Source of the DNA: a virus
Lineage: Duplodnaviria; Caudoviricetes
Direction: 5' to 3' (one strand)
IMG/VR virus record: IMGVR_UViG_3300044712_000264
Coordinates: 1,023 to 65,022 of that record
DNA length: 64,000 nucleotides
A program made the position numbers and the translations under genes. Of the stretch, positions 56,139 through 64,000 are shown in pieces. Numbering within the stretch: position 1 is the first letter of the stretch; each line of letters opens with the position of its first letter. A model generated the notes under the pieces. It saw nothing but the letters and a program-made list of their open reading frames with translations, was not told the DNA's origin and did not search any database.

Positions 56139-56423
56139 TCATGTAATCAATCTTCCATCCGCCTGCATCTGCGCGGCTTTTTTCTTGGCAGCTTCACGCA
56201 ATGCATGTTCTACCACTTTATTCACAACGTCATCAAGTTTTGCTTGTGCAGCAGCCTGTATGTATGGCGTAAAGTCCATTTGCCGCACATAAGTATGCAC
56301 CTGTTTCTGGAGCAATTCTGTGCCGAATGCCTTGCCAAACCTCTGGTACGAAAACTGCTCGACAAACATGCTCGCGGCTGCTTCGCTCAGGATAGATTCG
56401 TCAATTTCGATTATGAGATGCAT
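56139..56423 (-). CDS. Hypothetical protein
   Basis: GGGAG SD. Confidence 0.55.
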   Translation of the reverse strand: MHLIIEIDESILSEAAASMFVEQFSYQRFGKAFGTELLQKQVHTYVRQMDFTPYIQAAAQAKLDDVVNKVVEHALREAAKKKAAQMQADGRLIT

Positions 56424-56638
56424 ACAGACTCCCTGGTGTGTTGAATCGCAGCCTGCGCGTTCCTGAGAGCGTGAGCAGGCGTCAGCAGTCGATGGCTGTA
56501 GCCCCGGCTCTCACCAAATGAATGCCACGCCAGCAACTGCGCAACGTCGCGCAACGCCTGCAACAGATCGGCCTCTGCCTGTGCCTCTTTTCTGCTGCGT
56601 TGCAGGTACCAATTCATGATTACGTCTGTTCGTTTCAT
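56411..56638 (-). CDS. Hypothetical protein
   Basis: GGAG SD, ATGA-coupled. Confidence 0.5.
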   Translation of the reverse strand: MKRTDVIMNWYLQRSRKEAQAEADLLQALRDVAQLLAWHSFGESRGYSHRLLTPAHALRNAQAAIQHTRESVCIS

Positions 56639-56967
56639 GATTCATCTCCTTTGACTTTTGCGATGGCGGCGGTAGCTTTTTTAGTGTTCCATCCCATTGC
56701 CTCACATCCAGGCAATAACTCTTGCAGCGCCTCCAGCAAATCCGGCGCAGCAGCCGCCAGAGTGACATTCGCTACGGTTTCTGCGGACAAAGACCAGTAG
56801 CCACTATCCTTGTCGTATTTCGCGCCCCGTGATGTGAACATCAGTAGATTACTCGGGTAATCGCTCCCCATGCCTGGGCTATCGTCTGGTTCAGACGATT
56901 TGATACCGGCGCATCCTCCGCGAATATCTAAGACCCATGGTCCCGGTGTCGGTTGTTGTGTGCTCAT
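56635..56967 (-). CDS. TPGPW...AAAPDLL family protein
   Basis: Motifs shared with adjacent ORF; GGAGG SD. Confidence 0.65.
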   Translation of the reverse strand: MSTQQPTPGPWVLDIRGGCAGIKSSEPDDSPGMGSDYPSNLLMFTSRGAKYDKDSGYWSLSAETVANVTLAAAAPDLLEALQELLPGCEAMGWNTKKATAAIAKVKGDES

Positions 56968-57269
56968 GCTGCACCTCCTGTGGCTTTGGCGATGGCTGCA
57001 TAGGCTGCATCGCGATCTGCTTTGCTGATCCGGTTATCTGGATTGCTCAACAGGAACCGTACAGCATTCAACAAATCAGGCGCAGCGGCGATAAGGAGGG
57101 CGTTGGCTTCGGATTCTTCCTCGTATTGACAGTCGCCAACTTCAACAATTGCAGACCATTCGCCAAAATCAGGATCGTTTCCACCGTGCGTCGGATAGAC
57201 CTCAAATGCCTCTTTGTTGCTCCAGTGCGTCCTTACGGCCCACGGCCCCGGTGTGTGTTGTGTGCTCAT
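56964..57269 (-). CDS. TPGPW...AAAPDLL family protein
   Basis: HTPGPW..ANALLIAAAPDLL..AAIAKATG. Confidence 0.65.
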   Translation of the reverse strand: MSTQHTPGPWAVRTHWSNKEAFEVYPTHGGNDPDFGEWSAIVEVGDCQYEEESEANALLIAAAPDLLNAVRFLLSNPDNRISKADRDAAYAAIAKATGGAA

Positions 57270-57442
57270 TTCTGTTCCTTCGATGGTATGTAGTGCTCAA
57301 GCCCTTCGCCTTCGCACAAATGCGATACAAAAGGCGTATCTGCTTTGTGGCGCTTCCGCTCTGTGTGGCGTAAGCACTGCTCGCGTGTCGGGCACTGGAA
57401 GCCGTGGCAGCGGGGGGATTCGGCGGGTAGTAGTTGTGTCAT
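57266..57442 (-). CDS. Small Cys-rich protein
   Basis: MTQLLPAESPRCHGFQCPTREQCLRH; ATGA-coupled to next gene; below ORF-track cutoff. Confidence 0.5.
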   Translation of the reverse strand: MTQLLPAESPRCHGFQCPTREQCLRHTERKRHKADTPFVSHLCEGEGLEHYIPSKEQK

Positions 57443-57453
57443 TGTTGTGATCT

Positions 57454-57876
57454 TCAGAACGGAATATCGTCATCCAAATCCGCAGCAGGCGCGGACCGTT
57501 CAGCCTGTGCTTCTGCCGGGCGGGCCGATGACTGTGACTTAGGCGCGTAGCTTGTGCCACCGTCGTCGTCGCGCTTGCCGCCTTGCAGCGCAACGTCGGT
57601 CACGCGCACGGACATCGCCTTTTTTGTTGTGCCGTCCTTCGCCTGGTACTCGCGCTCCGACACCTGGCCAACGACTGTCACTTGCTGGCCCTTGCGCATG
57701 TACTGCTCCAGTGTGTCGGCGCGTTTGCCGAATAGTCCACATTCCCACCAAAGAGCTGGTTTGTCTTTGCCTGGGCTGCTGTCTGCCACAGAAAAAGACA
57801 GAACCGAAGTTCCGTCTTGTAGCACCCGCTTTTCAGCGTCACGTCCCAAGTTCCCGGTTATCGTGATGAAGTTCAA
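57454..57876 (-). CDS. ssb: Single-stranded DNA-binding protein
   Basis: ITGNLGRDAE, KGQQVTVVG, acidic DDDIPF tail; TTG start with AAGGA SD. Confidence 0.93.
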   Translation of the reverse strand: MNFITITGNLGRDAEKRVLQDGTSVLSFSVADSSPGKDKPALWWECGLFGKRADTLEQYMRKGQQVTVVGQVSEREYQAKDGTTKKAMSVRVTDVALQGGKRDDDGGTSYAPKSQSSARPAEAQAERSAPAADLDDDIPF

Positions 57877-57890
57877 TTTGTTTCCTTTGG

Positions 57891-59528
57891 TTATGCTGCA
57901 ATCTTGCGCGGTCCGCTGGTGCGGTATCCTGGTTTTGATGTGCGGTCCTGGTGCGCAGCGTCGGCGTCAATGCCTAGCTCGGCACCGTAGCGCGATTGAA
58001 CGAAGTGAAGTACCCGCTCGATTTGAGAATCAGACAAGCGCACAAGAAGCGCATTCAGCTCGACCAGTATCGAAACCTGATTCGCCGCCGCTGACACCAT
58101 AGCCGCAGGAGGTGCAACAGGCTGCTGCACAGCGCTTGCCGCCTTGAGCGCATCTTCTGCCTCGATGCGCGCCGATTCTTCTTCCTGCCTGCGCTTGGCT
58201 GCGCGGGCTTCCTCCGCTGCTGCGGTCTTTGCAGCCTCCGCCACCCGGTAGTTTGAGATGCGCGACTCGACCAGAAGTTTCAAATCATCTGGTTGCTTGA
58301 GCACGATCACCGGCACGTCAGAAAACAGGAAGCCAAACGACTCACGCTCTTTCAGAGTCGCCAGATTCGCCTGGATGCGCTCGGCAACAATGTTGGCATC
58401 AACCTTCGCCGCAGCCAGCATAGTGTTGACTGCATCCCGCATCGAGTCAAAGTTCTTCTTGCCCTTGATGACCCCGGCAAAGTCGGCACAAATGGCGGGC
58501 ATCAGTGGCTGGCCACCAAGGCGGTCGTTCAGCGCTGCAATGTGCTGGCCAAGGGCCATGCGCGCGTCTGTCACGATTTTGGTTTTCATTGCCTCTTTGC
58601 GCGACTTCACCAGTTTGTCCAGGTCCAGCCGCCTGCGCTTGGATTCGGCCATGATGTCGTCGATGGTGCGAAACAGCTCATCTATGTCACGGGTCTGACT
58701 CAGAGCGTGCTGCTTTGCCGCTGCAAGCCGGTCCTCAACTTCGCCGCACCATTTCACAGCTTTTTCGGCATCGGCAAAATCTTCATCCGTCACCAACTCG
58801 GTGATGATCCCATCAAACATAGCCAGGGCGTGCGCCTTGAATTCGGCCAGATTGCTGGCTGTCACCATGCCTGTTACCGCGATGTGCAGCGCTGGAAGTG
58901 TTTCTGGCGTGCGGCCAATGGGTTTTACCTCGATGGCCTGGGGCTGGTACTCGCGCAGGTCAATCTCGAACTGAGCCCAGCCTTGCATGATGCGCTCGCG
59001 CAGCTCAATGTCCGGCTCGTAAATGCAGTGGCGCTCTTCGAGTAGAGAATCACCATCCCATGAGGATGCCATGAACAGTGCGTATTTCGCCCCGCTCACG
59101 GCCAATTGCTGCTCCAACTGGATGCGGTAGTGCAGCGGCAAGTCTTCACCGGTGCAGCCAGGATGCATTGCTTGGCGAATGTCGTTGTTGAGCGTTTTGT
59201 GCTCAAAAACCACCGACTCATCCATTGTCAAGCCATCGAATGACGCAAGCAGGTTGCCATTGGTGCCGACTACTGGATACAAATCCTCGTCGAGAATCTT
59301 TTCAGCAATCTGCCTTGCCAGTGCCTCAAACCTGTGTCCATCATCAAACCTGCGCTGGGTTCCGGCGTCTACGTCAGGCACAATTCCGGTGCTGCGTTCA
59401 TGCAGTAGCTGCGACCGTGTTTTGTATGGGCTGGCACCAAGGACGGCAGAGGCCTCCGATGCCGGATAAAACTGCTTGCGCAGTTGGTGCCAACTTGGCT
59501 CACCCTGTACTACGTTATGCGTAATCAT
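57891..59528 (-). CDS. YqaJ-like recombination exonuclease with long helical C-terminus
   Basis: QGEPSWHQLR..ASEA..GHRFEALAR..LASFDG..FEHK..YRIQLEQQL. Confidence 0.88.
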   Translation of the reverse strand: MITHNVVQGEPSWHQLRKQFYPASEASAVLGASPYKTRSQLLHERSTGIVPDVDAGTQRRFDDGHRFEALARQIAEKILDEDLYPVVGTNGNLLASFDGLTMDESVVFEHKTLNNDIRQAMHPGCTGEDLPLHYRIQLEQQLAVSGAKYALFMASSWDGDSLLEERHCIYEPDIELRERIMQGWAQFEIDLREYQPQAIEVKPIGRTPETLPALHIAVTGMVTASNLAEFKAHALAMFDGIITELVTDEDFADAEKAVKWCGEVEDRLAAAKQHALSQTRDIDELFRTIDDIMAESKRRRLDLDKLVKSRKEAMKTKIVTDARMALGQHIAALNDRLGGQPLMPAICADFAGVIKGKKNFDSMRDAVNTMLAAAKVDANIVAERIQANLATLKERESFGFLFSDVPVIVLKQPDDLKLLVESRISNYRVAEAAKTAAAEEARAAKRRQEEESARIEAEDALKAASAVQQPVAPPAAMVSAAANQVSILVELNALLVRLSDSQIERVLHFVQSRYGAELGIDADAAHQDRTSKPGYRTSGPRKIAA

Positions 59529-60520
59529 TCTGCAACTCCTTCCGCAACTACCGTTGCCCGAATCATCGCCATCTGATCCTCAGTCAGCCGCGCCTTGGTG
59601 CTTGCCATGGAAATAACCTCGTCGGCGGTCTTTTTGCCTGTTTCAATCAGCGCGCGCCACTTTGGCAGGTTGGTGCCGAACTGCTCATCCGTGTACTCCG
59701 GAAGTTCTTGCTTTGGCTTTGTAATCTCTCCCGTGTCTGCGTTTACCGCTTCGAACCACTCATCCGGCTTGCTCATGCCTTCTTTGAGCGATACGAAAAT
59801 CTTTCGTAGGCTCACGATTTGTGCGGGCTGGATGGCGTCAAGACGGCGCTGGATGCGCTTTTCGATTTGCTCCTTGCTTACCCCGTACTCTCCAAAGGCT
59901 TTAACCAAATTGGCCACCGCTTGCGGGCCAGTGTCGGCCTTGGCGTTGAGCGTGGCATCACACTGCGCCACAGCTGCTTCGGTCACGTCTCCGGGGATTA
60001 CTGCCAGGATGCAGGCCCGCAAGCGGCGCGCGCCCTGGTTTGCGACCAGCTCGTAAATCTCGCGTGGGTCTTCAATCTTGTAACTGCCTTTTTTTGTGTG
60101 GCGAAGGTGTGGCACCTGGAACACGATTTCCCGGCGGGTGTTGGTTTCCACGTCCCAAGCATATGCCTGCACTGTGCTTTCTCCGTTGACCTGGCTTAGT
60201 TCGCGCATTCCGAACTGCATGTTCCCCCAGCTCTGCGCCATTGCTTCTGCCAGCCGGATGCTTGGGCCGGTAATGCTTGTGCCTCCCTTGGCGTAGCTGT
60301 AAACGGCAGCTTCGGCTAGGCTGGGGCGCGTGCAAGCGTTCAGGATGCGGTCCATTGCGGTACGTTGGTCACGCGGATTCATGCGGGCAATCATCATTGC
60401 GGCCTGCACCTCGGCAATCGCGCGGTGCTGGTCGCTCTGCGCTAACACGTTGCCTGCTACGGCGGATTGGTTGCGTTGTGCCGATGCGGCAAATGGGTTG
60501 ATGGCGGATAGATCGTTCAT
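59525..60520 (-). CDS. Putative ssDNA-annealing recombinase
   Basis: Coupled upstream of YqaJ and SSB; GPSIRLAE..WGN; DTGEI motif. Confidence 0.6.
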   Translation of the reverse strand: MNDLSAINPFAASAQRNQSAVAGNVLAQSDQHRAIAEVQAAMMIARMNPRDQRTAMDRILNACTRPSLAEAAVYSYAKGGTSITGPSIRLAEAMAQSWGNMQFGMRELSQVNGESTVQAYAWDVETNTRREIVFQVPHLRHTKKGSYKIEDPREIYELVANQGARRLRACILAVIPGDVTEAAVAQCDATLNAKADTGPQAVANLVKAFGEYGVSKEQIEKRIQRRLDAIQPAQIVSLRKIFVSLKEGMSKPDEWFEAVNADTGEITKPKQELPEYTDEQFGTNLPKWRALIETGKKTADEVISMASTKARLTEDQMAMIRATVVAEGVAE

Positions 60521-60523
60521 CTC

Positions 60524-60688
60524 TCAAGTTCTCCAGTTCCAGTTGTGAAATTCGTGTTTGTAGCCAGTCTTGCTACAAGACAGCCGGCGCGGATTGATCC
60601 CGCAGTCTCGGATAGCTGCTCGCAGCGCACGGCTTTTGTTTTTAAAAGCCTGGCGCAAAGCGGCGTACTGTTGGATAAAGCGTTTCAT
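60524..60688 (-). CDS. Small basic hypothetical protein
   Basis: ATGA-coupled, GGAG upstream. Confidence 0.45.
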   Translation of the reverse strand: MKRFIQQYAALRQAFKNKSRALRAAIRDCGINPRRLSCSKTGYKHEFHNWNWRT

Positions 60689-61056
60689 GTCCCTGCTCCA
60701 GAGTTGAGCCATGCAACCCATGCATAGAACGCGAGCACGCCCAGTGCCAGCACAATGCCCTCTACACGCGACAAAAATGGCTGGCGTGGACGGTGCAGCC
60801 GGGAATGCTCAATTGCTGATTTCGCTTTCATTTTTTGGCTCTCCTGAGTGCAAAGCGGTGACACAAAATGACTGGGTATCCGCTCATCCCGTACATGGCA
60901 AAGGTCTGTAGGTATGCGGTGATATTCATTTTGCGAACCACCATTGCACGGCTACATATGCCAACCCGCTGCCGATTGCGAGGCACAAAAACACGTCGCT
61001 TATCAAGCTCTCTCGATAGTGGTTGTCTTTCATTTCTTTTCTCCTGTTTTACAAAT

Positions 61057-61079
61057 AAAAAACCCGCTCGTCGGCGGGT
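61057..61079 (-). terminator. Intrinsic terminator
   Basis: ACCCGC..GCGGGT plus T-run. Confidence 0.6.
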
Positions 61080-61177
61080 GCCGTTGGTTGCATGCGTTGA
61101 TTGGCGTGCGGTTTATGCTGCGCAATCAATAGCAGTTTCAAGATGATGTTCTACACGTTTCAAGATAAATAACGAAC

Positions 61178-61366
61178 TTACGTGTCTTCATCCTGTGCTT
61201 GTGCGTCTTCCTGTGCTTTTTGTTCTGCTTCGAATTCTTCTCGCACCTTGGCCCGCATCTCGCGGGCGTTATCAAAAGCTTCTACCACCTTGGAATACCT
61301 AAATTGCTCTTCAATCGAATGAAACGATTCACAGCAACTTCCACGGCCGCATATGTCGCAACTCAT
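61178..61366 (-). CDS. Small Cys/His protein
   Basis: GGAGGAG SD; MSCDICGRGSCCESFH. Confidence 0.6.
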   Translation of the reverse strand: MSCDICGRGSCCESFHSIEEQFRYSKVVEAFDNAREMRAKVREEFEAEQKAQEDAQAQDEDT

Positions 61367-61561
61367 ATTTCTCCTCCCCCGTGTGAATGCTTTGCAGCAC
61401 AAAACTTCATGTGTGAACACCCTGAAGCACAAAAAAGCAGCGCGGGTATTCGTCGCACAAATCTCGCAACGTTTCCCCCAGCGCTCTCAAATTCGTTATG
61501 GTGATAACACGCAGATTGCGGGTTCTGCGGCGCACGGTGATTCGGTATGTCGTCATGTCCG

Positions 61562-61897
61562 CTACCCCAGAAAGCAGGCTAGGCTGCGATGATGGCTGCG
61601 CACTGGGCGCGGGAACTCGATTTGACGATCATCATCCTCCAGCCGCGCCCGCTGCATAGTCTCAAGTGCGACGGTTTCGATAAACCCCTTGAGCTGTGGG
61701 CTGATGATTTCAAACACGTCTTTATCGCCAAGCCATGCATGGCACAGCTCAAGAGCTTCATCAGCTCCAGGGTCGAACAGTGTTTGTGGCTCATGCGGCT
61801 GGTGGTCAAAATAACACTCCAGCTGCAAGCTGCCGTGCGTGCAATGGATGAATTTATGCATGCCCTCCATGCCGGGCCTGGTTGCCGTTGCGCTCAT
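61562..61897 (-). CDS. Hypothetical protein
   Basis: GGGGG SD; acidic. Confidence 0.55.
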   Translation of the reverse strand: MSATATRPGMEGMHKFIHCTHGSLQLECYFDHQPHEPQTLFDPGADEALELCHAWLGDKDVFEIISPQLKGFIETVALETMQRARLEDDDRQIEFPRPVRSHHRSLACFLG

Positions 61898-61911
61898 GAT
61901 TAACCCCCATG

Positions 61912-61937
61912 AAAAAAGCCAGCACGGTGGCTGGCTT
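61912..61937 (-). terminator. Intrinsic terminator 3' of the tRNA-like RNA
   Basis: AAGCCAGC..GCTGGCTTTTTT. Confidence 0.7.
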
Positions 61938-61955
61938 GGTTGAAATTTAAATAAA

Positions 61956-62064
61956 TGGTGTGGGTGCCGGATGTGATCCCGGCTTGTTCGTGTTCTCGAT
62001 TCGTCAGCAAAAACAGGCCTACGTAATTTCTCTGCCCGCGCATCACAACTGCGCAATAACCCAC
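61956..62064 (-). ncRNA. tRNA-like RNA with CCA end and no canonical anticodon arm
   Basis: GTGGGT/ACCCAC-A-CCA acceptor, GCGCA-7-TGCGC arm, GCCGG-8-CCGGC arm abutting the acceptor. Confidence 0.55.
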
Positions 62065-62107
62065 GTAAATGATTAGCCACGCGGCTGGATTGTTGAAATT
62101 CTGTTGC

Positions 62108-62413
62108 TTAACTTGTGGTAGGCATCCAACGCCGCCATCTGGCCTTTGCTGCGGCGATGTTCTTTTGACGTGCTCCACGCATAAACGGCAACGGCATCCA
62201 TTCGCCGTCTTCCCATTCGCGGCCACAGCGTAGGCATGTCGTCGAGTCTCCGTACCACTCAACAAACCAGGATAAAAACCGCGTGCGCTTCTTGCAATCC
62301 GGGCACGTGCCTGCAAAGCATCGGCGCATAGTCGGCTGTGGCGCGTGGATGTGTATCGCAGTCAAGGTTTGCCCCTTCTGTCGCTTAGATTGCGTTTTGC
62401 CGCTTGCAGGCAA
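62108..62413 (-). CDS. Zn-ribbon hypothetical protein (start uncertain)
   Basis: CPDC..WYG..TCLRCG.EW. Confidence 0.55.
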   Translation of the reverse strand: MPASGKTQSKRQKGQTLTAIHIHAPQPTMRRCFAGTCPDCKKRTRFLSWFVEWYGDSTTCLRCGREWEDGEWMPLPFMRGARQKNIAAAKARWRRWMPTTS

Positions 62414-62681
62414 TGTCGCCGCACCATGTGGTGCATCCGCCTTTTATCCCGCAGTGCGGGTTTGGTGTAGGATCGTGCTTTGTCATTGCATCGCCGCATG
62501 CGGACAACTTCGTGTACTGATTCAATGCTTTCGCAATAAGCTCTGCATTCGCATAATCACTACACCAGCAAACAGCAGGCCCATTCATAGCCCTTACTCC
62601 CGGTGATGTATCGCCGTTTGCACACCGAAAAATTGCGGTTTCAAAGTGCACTGTTACTCCTTGCATTTGTATGCATGTCAT
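62385..62681 (-). CDS. Hypothetical protein
   Basis: AAGGA SD before ATG 62681. Confidence 0.45.
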   Translation of the reverse strand: MTCIQMQGVTVHFETAIFRCANGDTSPGVRAMNGPAVCWCSDYANAELIAKALNQYTKLSACGDAMTKHDPTPNPHCGIKGGCTTWCGDIACKRQNAI

Positions 62682-62947
62682 GGTTGGTCCTTGTTGATCC
62701 ATCAGGTCAAGAATGATGGTTGCCCGTTTCGTGGGCAAGTCGGCTGAAAAATCAGCACCAGGTTCGGTGGGCCACTTGTGAAGTAAAGGTAGGAACTCAG
62801 CATTTCTGCTGCGCGTCCGGCGAAACGACGTTCCAAGGTGTCCGGTGACAGTCTCTAACCAACCGTGATCGCTGTCTCTATCACGATAGGAACAATTGGT
62901 TTGCTGCCATCGGTTCCGAAGTTTTGGCAGCTCTCTCTGCGGTCACG

Positions 62948-63310
62948 CTATGCGCACAGTCCCGCCGCCCGTAGCAGTTCACCATGCGCTTTCACTGCTT
63001 CCGCCGCTGCGTCTTTTAGCGACAATTCCTGCCGCTTCAGCGCATCGGCCAACAGCACCCCAAAACTCGCTTTGATCGCGTCTTCAAGGAAAGGAGACAG
63101 ACTGGCAGGCATCTTGTGGTAGTTCGTATCTCCGTCGCTGAACTGGTGGTACACCGTAGGCGATTCCTCGCCTTTCGCAAGTTTCAGTGAACGCAGCTCA
63201 CCGATTCCGCCTCCGCCTCCGTGGTACTTATCGCCAATCAGCGACGCCCATGTAAGGCATTCTTGTTGCTCGCGCTTCGCTGCGTTGTATTGTTCAATCT
63301 TCGTTGCCAT
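62948..63310 (-). CDS. Hypothetical protein
   Basis: GAGG SD; 120 aa. Confidence 0.65.
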   Translation of the reverse strand: MATKIEQYNAAKREQQECLTWASLIGDKYHGGGGGIGELRSLKLAKGEESPTVYHQFSDGDTNYHKMPASLSPFLEDAIKASFGVLLADALKRQELSLKDAAAEAVKAHGELLRAAGLCA

Positions 63311-63524
63311 CTTTTACCTCATCGTTTTGTTTGAAATTTGTTCCTTACTCTCCAGGGAGTCACGCCCCTTGCACATTCAAGCTGGCGTTGCCTGTCATGA
63401 GTGGCGCGCGGGTTAGTCGCGCCCCAGATGTGCAATCTGGATACTTCAGTTGGAACAGAAAACCGGAAGGCCGACTTGTGAGAATCGGCTATCCGCGTTG
63501 CTTTTACCAAGGGCAATTGCTTTA

Positions 63525-64000
63525 TTAGACCTTCACAACTTTGTGAGCGTCGTTTAGTCGATATGCGACGTTTGGCTCAATACCATCTTCCCCAACGTAT
63601 GCAATCACGGTGCGACTGCGTTTTCCGTCGTAGTATTGGAAATACATCTTTGCGTAGTCGCCACCGGTCATCGTTGCGGAGTCGCCACCGGTCATCGTTG
63701 CGGAGTAGCCACCGGTCATCTTTGCGGAGTCGCCACCGGTCATCGTTGCGTAGTCGCCACCGGTCATCTTTGCGGAGTAGCCACCGGTCATCGTTGCGGA
63801 GTCGCCACCGGTCATCTTTGCGGAGTCGCCACCGGTCATCTTTGCGGAGTCGCCACCGGTCATCGTTGCGGAGTTGCCACCGGTCATCGTTGCGGAGTCG
63901 CCACCGGTCATCTTTGCGTAGTAGCCACCGGTCATCGTTGCGTAGTCGCCACCGGTCATCTTTGCGGAGTAGCCACCGGTCATCGTTGCGGAGTCGCCAC
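63525..64000 (-). CDS. Octapeptide-repeat protein (MTGGxxA[TK])n, 5'-truncated by window edge
   Basis: Open frame through the repeats ending in YVGEDGIEPNVAYRL. Confidence 0.75.
   Translation of the reverse strand, partial: GDSATMTGGYSAKMTGGDYATMTGGYYAKMTGGDSATMTGGNSATMTGGDSAKMTGGDSAKMTGGDSATMTGGYSAKMTGGDYATMTGGDSAKMTGGYSATMTGGDSATMTGGDYAKMYFQYYDGKRSRTVIAYVGEDGIEPNVAYRLNDAHKVVKV
63650..64000. repeat. 24-bp coding tandem repeat, about 14 copies
   Basis: Unit GTCGCCACCGGTCATCGTTGCGGA with a few variable positions. Confidence 0.95.

Noticed and set aside
62690-63524. Hammerhead/twister/pistol ribozymes
   Set aside because: Core motifs such as CUGAUGA..GAAA not found in a suitable arrangement by eye
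63650-64000. CRISPR array
   Set aside because: Units are contiguous without unique spacers, are a multiple of 3 and code in frame; no cas genes seen

Overview
Near-complete genome of a temperate, podovirus-like dsDNA phage. A proteobacterial host, probably Betaproteobacteria, is my impression only. The sequence opens inside the cI repressor gene and appears to be the excised/circular form: an intact attP with a tRNA-Ser-like 3' core lies next to the integrase at ~47.4 kb and no host DNA is visible. Layout: cI/cro switch and early-right operon (HNHs, KilA-N, replication initiator, DnaB, RusA, dUTPase; 1-7.96 kb); packaging and head (terS, terL, portal, scaffold, N4-gp56-type major capsid; 8-17.6 kb); LamG-rich tail module (17.6-29.3 kb); ejection proteins including a 3705-aa DarB-like polyvalent protein (SF2 helicase, N6-MTase, HExxH peptidase; 29.3-42.8 kb); lysis (SAR endolysin, Rz/Rz1); morons; attP/int/xis; and a long leftward early operon (RNA ligase, antirepressors, SSB, YqaJ, annealing protein). 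Main unexplained signals: (1) three Shine-Dalgarno-equipped genes overprinted in the +1 frame inside the giant virion protein; (2) three P1-c4/P4-CI-type antisense RNA cassettes with three different seed sequences, each gating an antirepressor-type gene; (3) a CCA-ending tRNA-like RNA plus two other structured RNAs at 61.9-63.5 kb; (4) a four-copy late promoter motif CAGAGTTTG-N20-(-10). All protein calls come from motif recognition by eye; no database searches were run.
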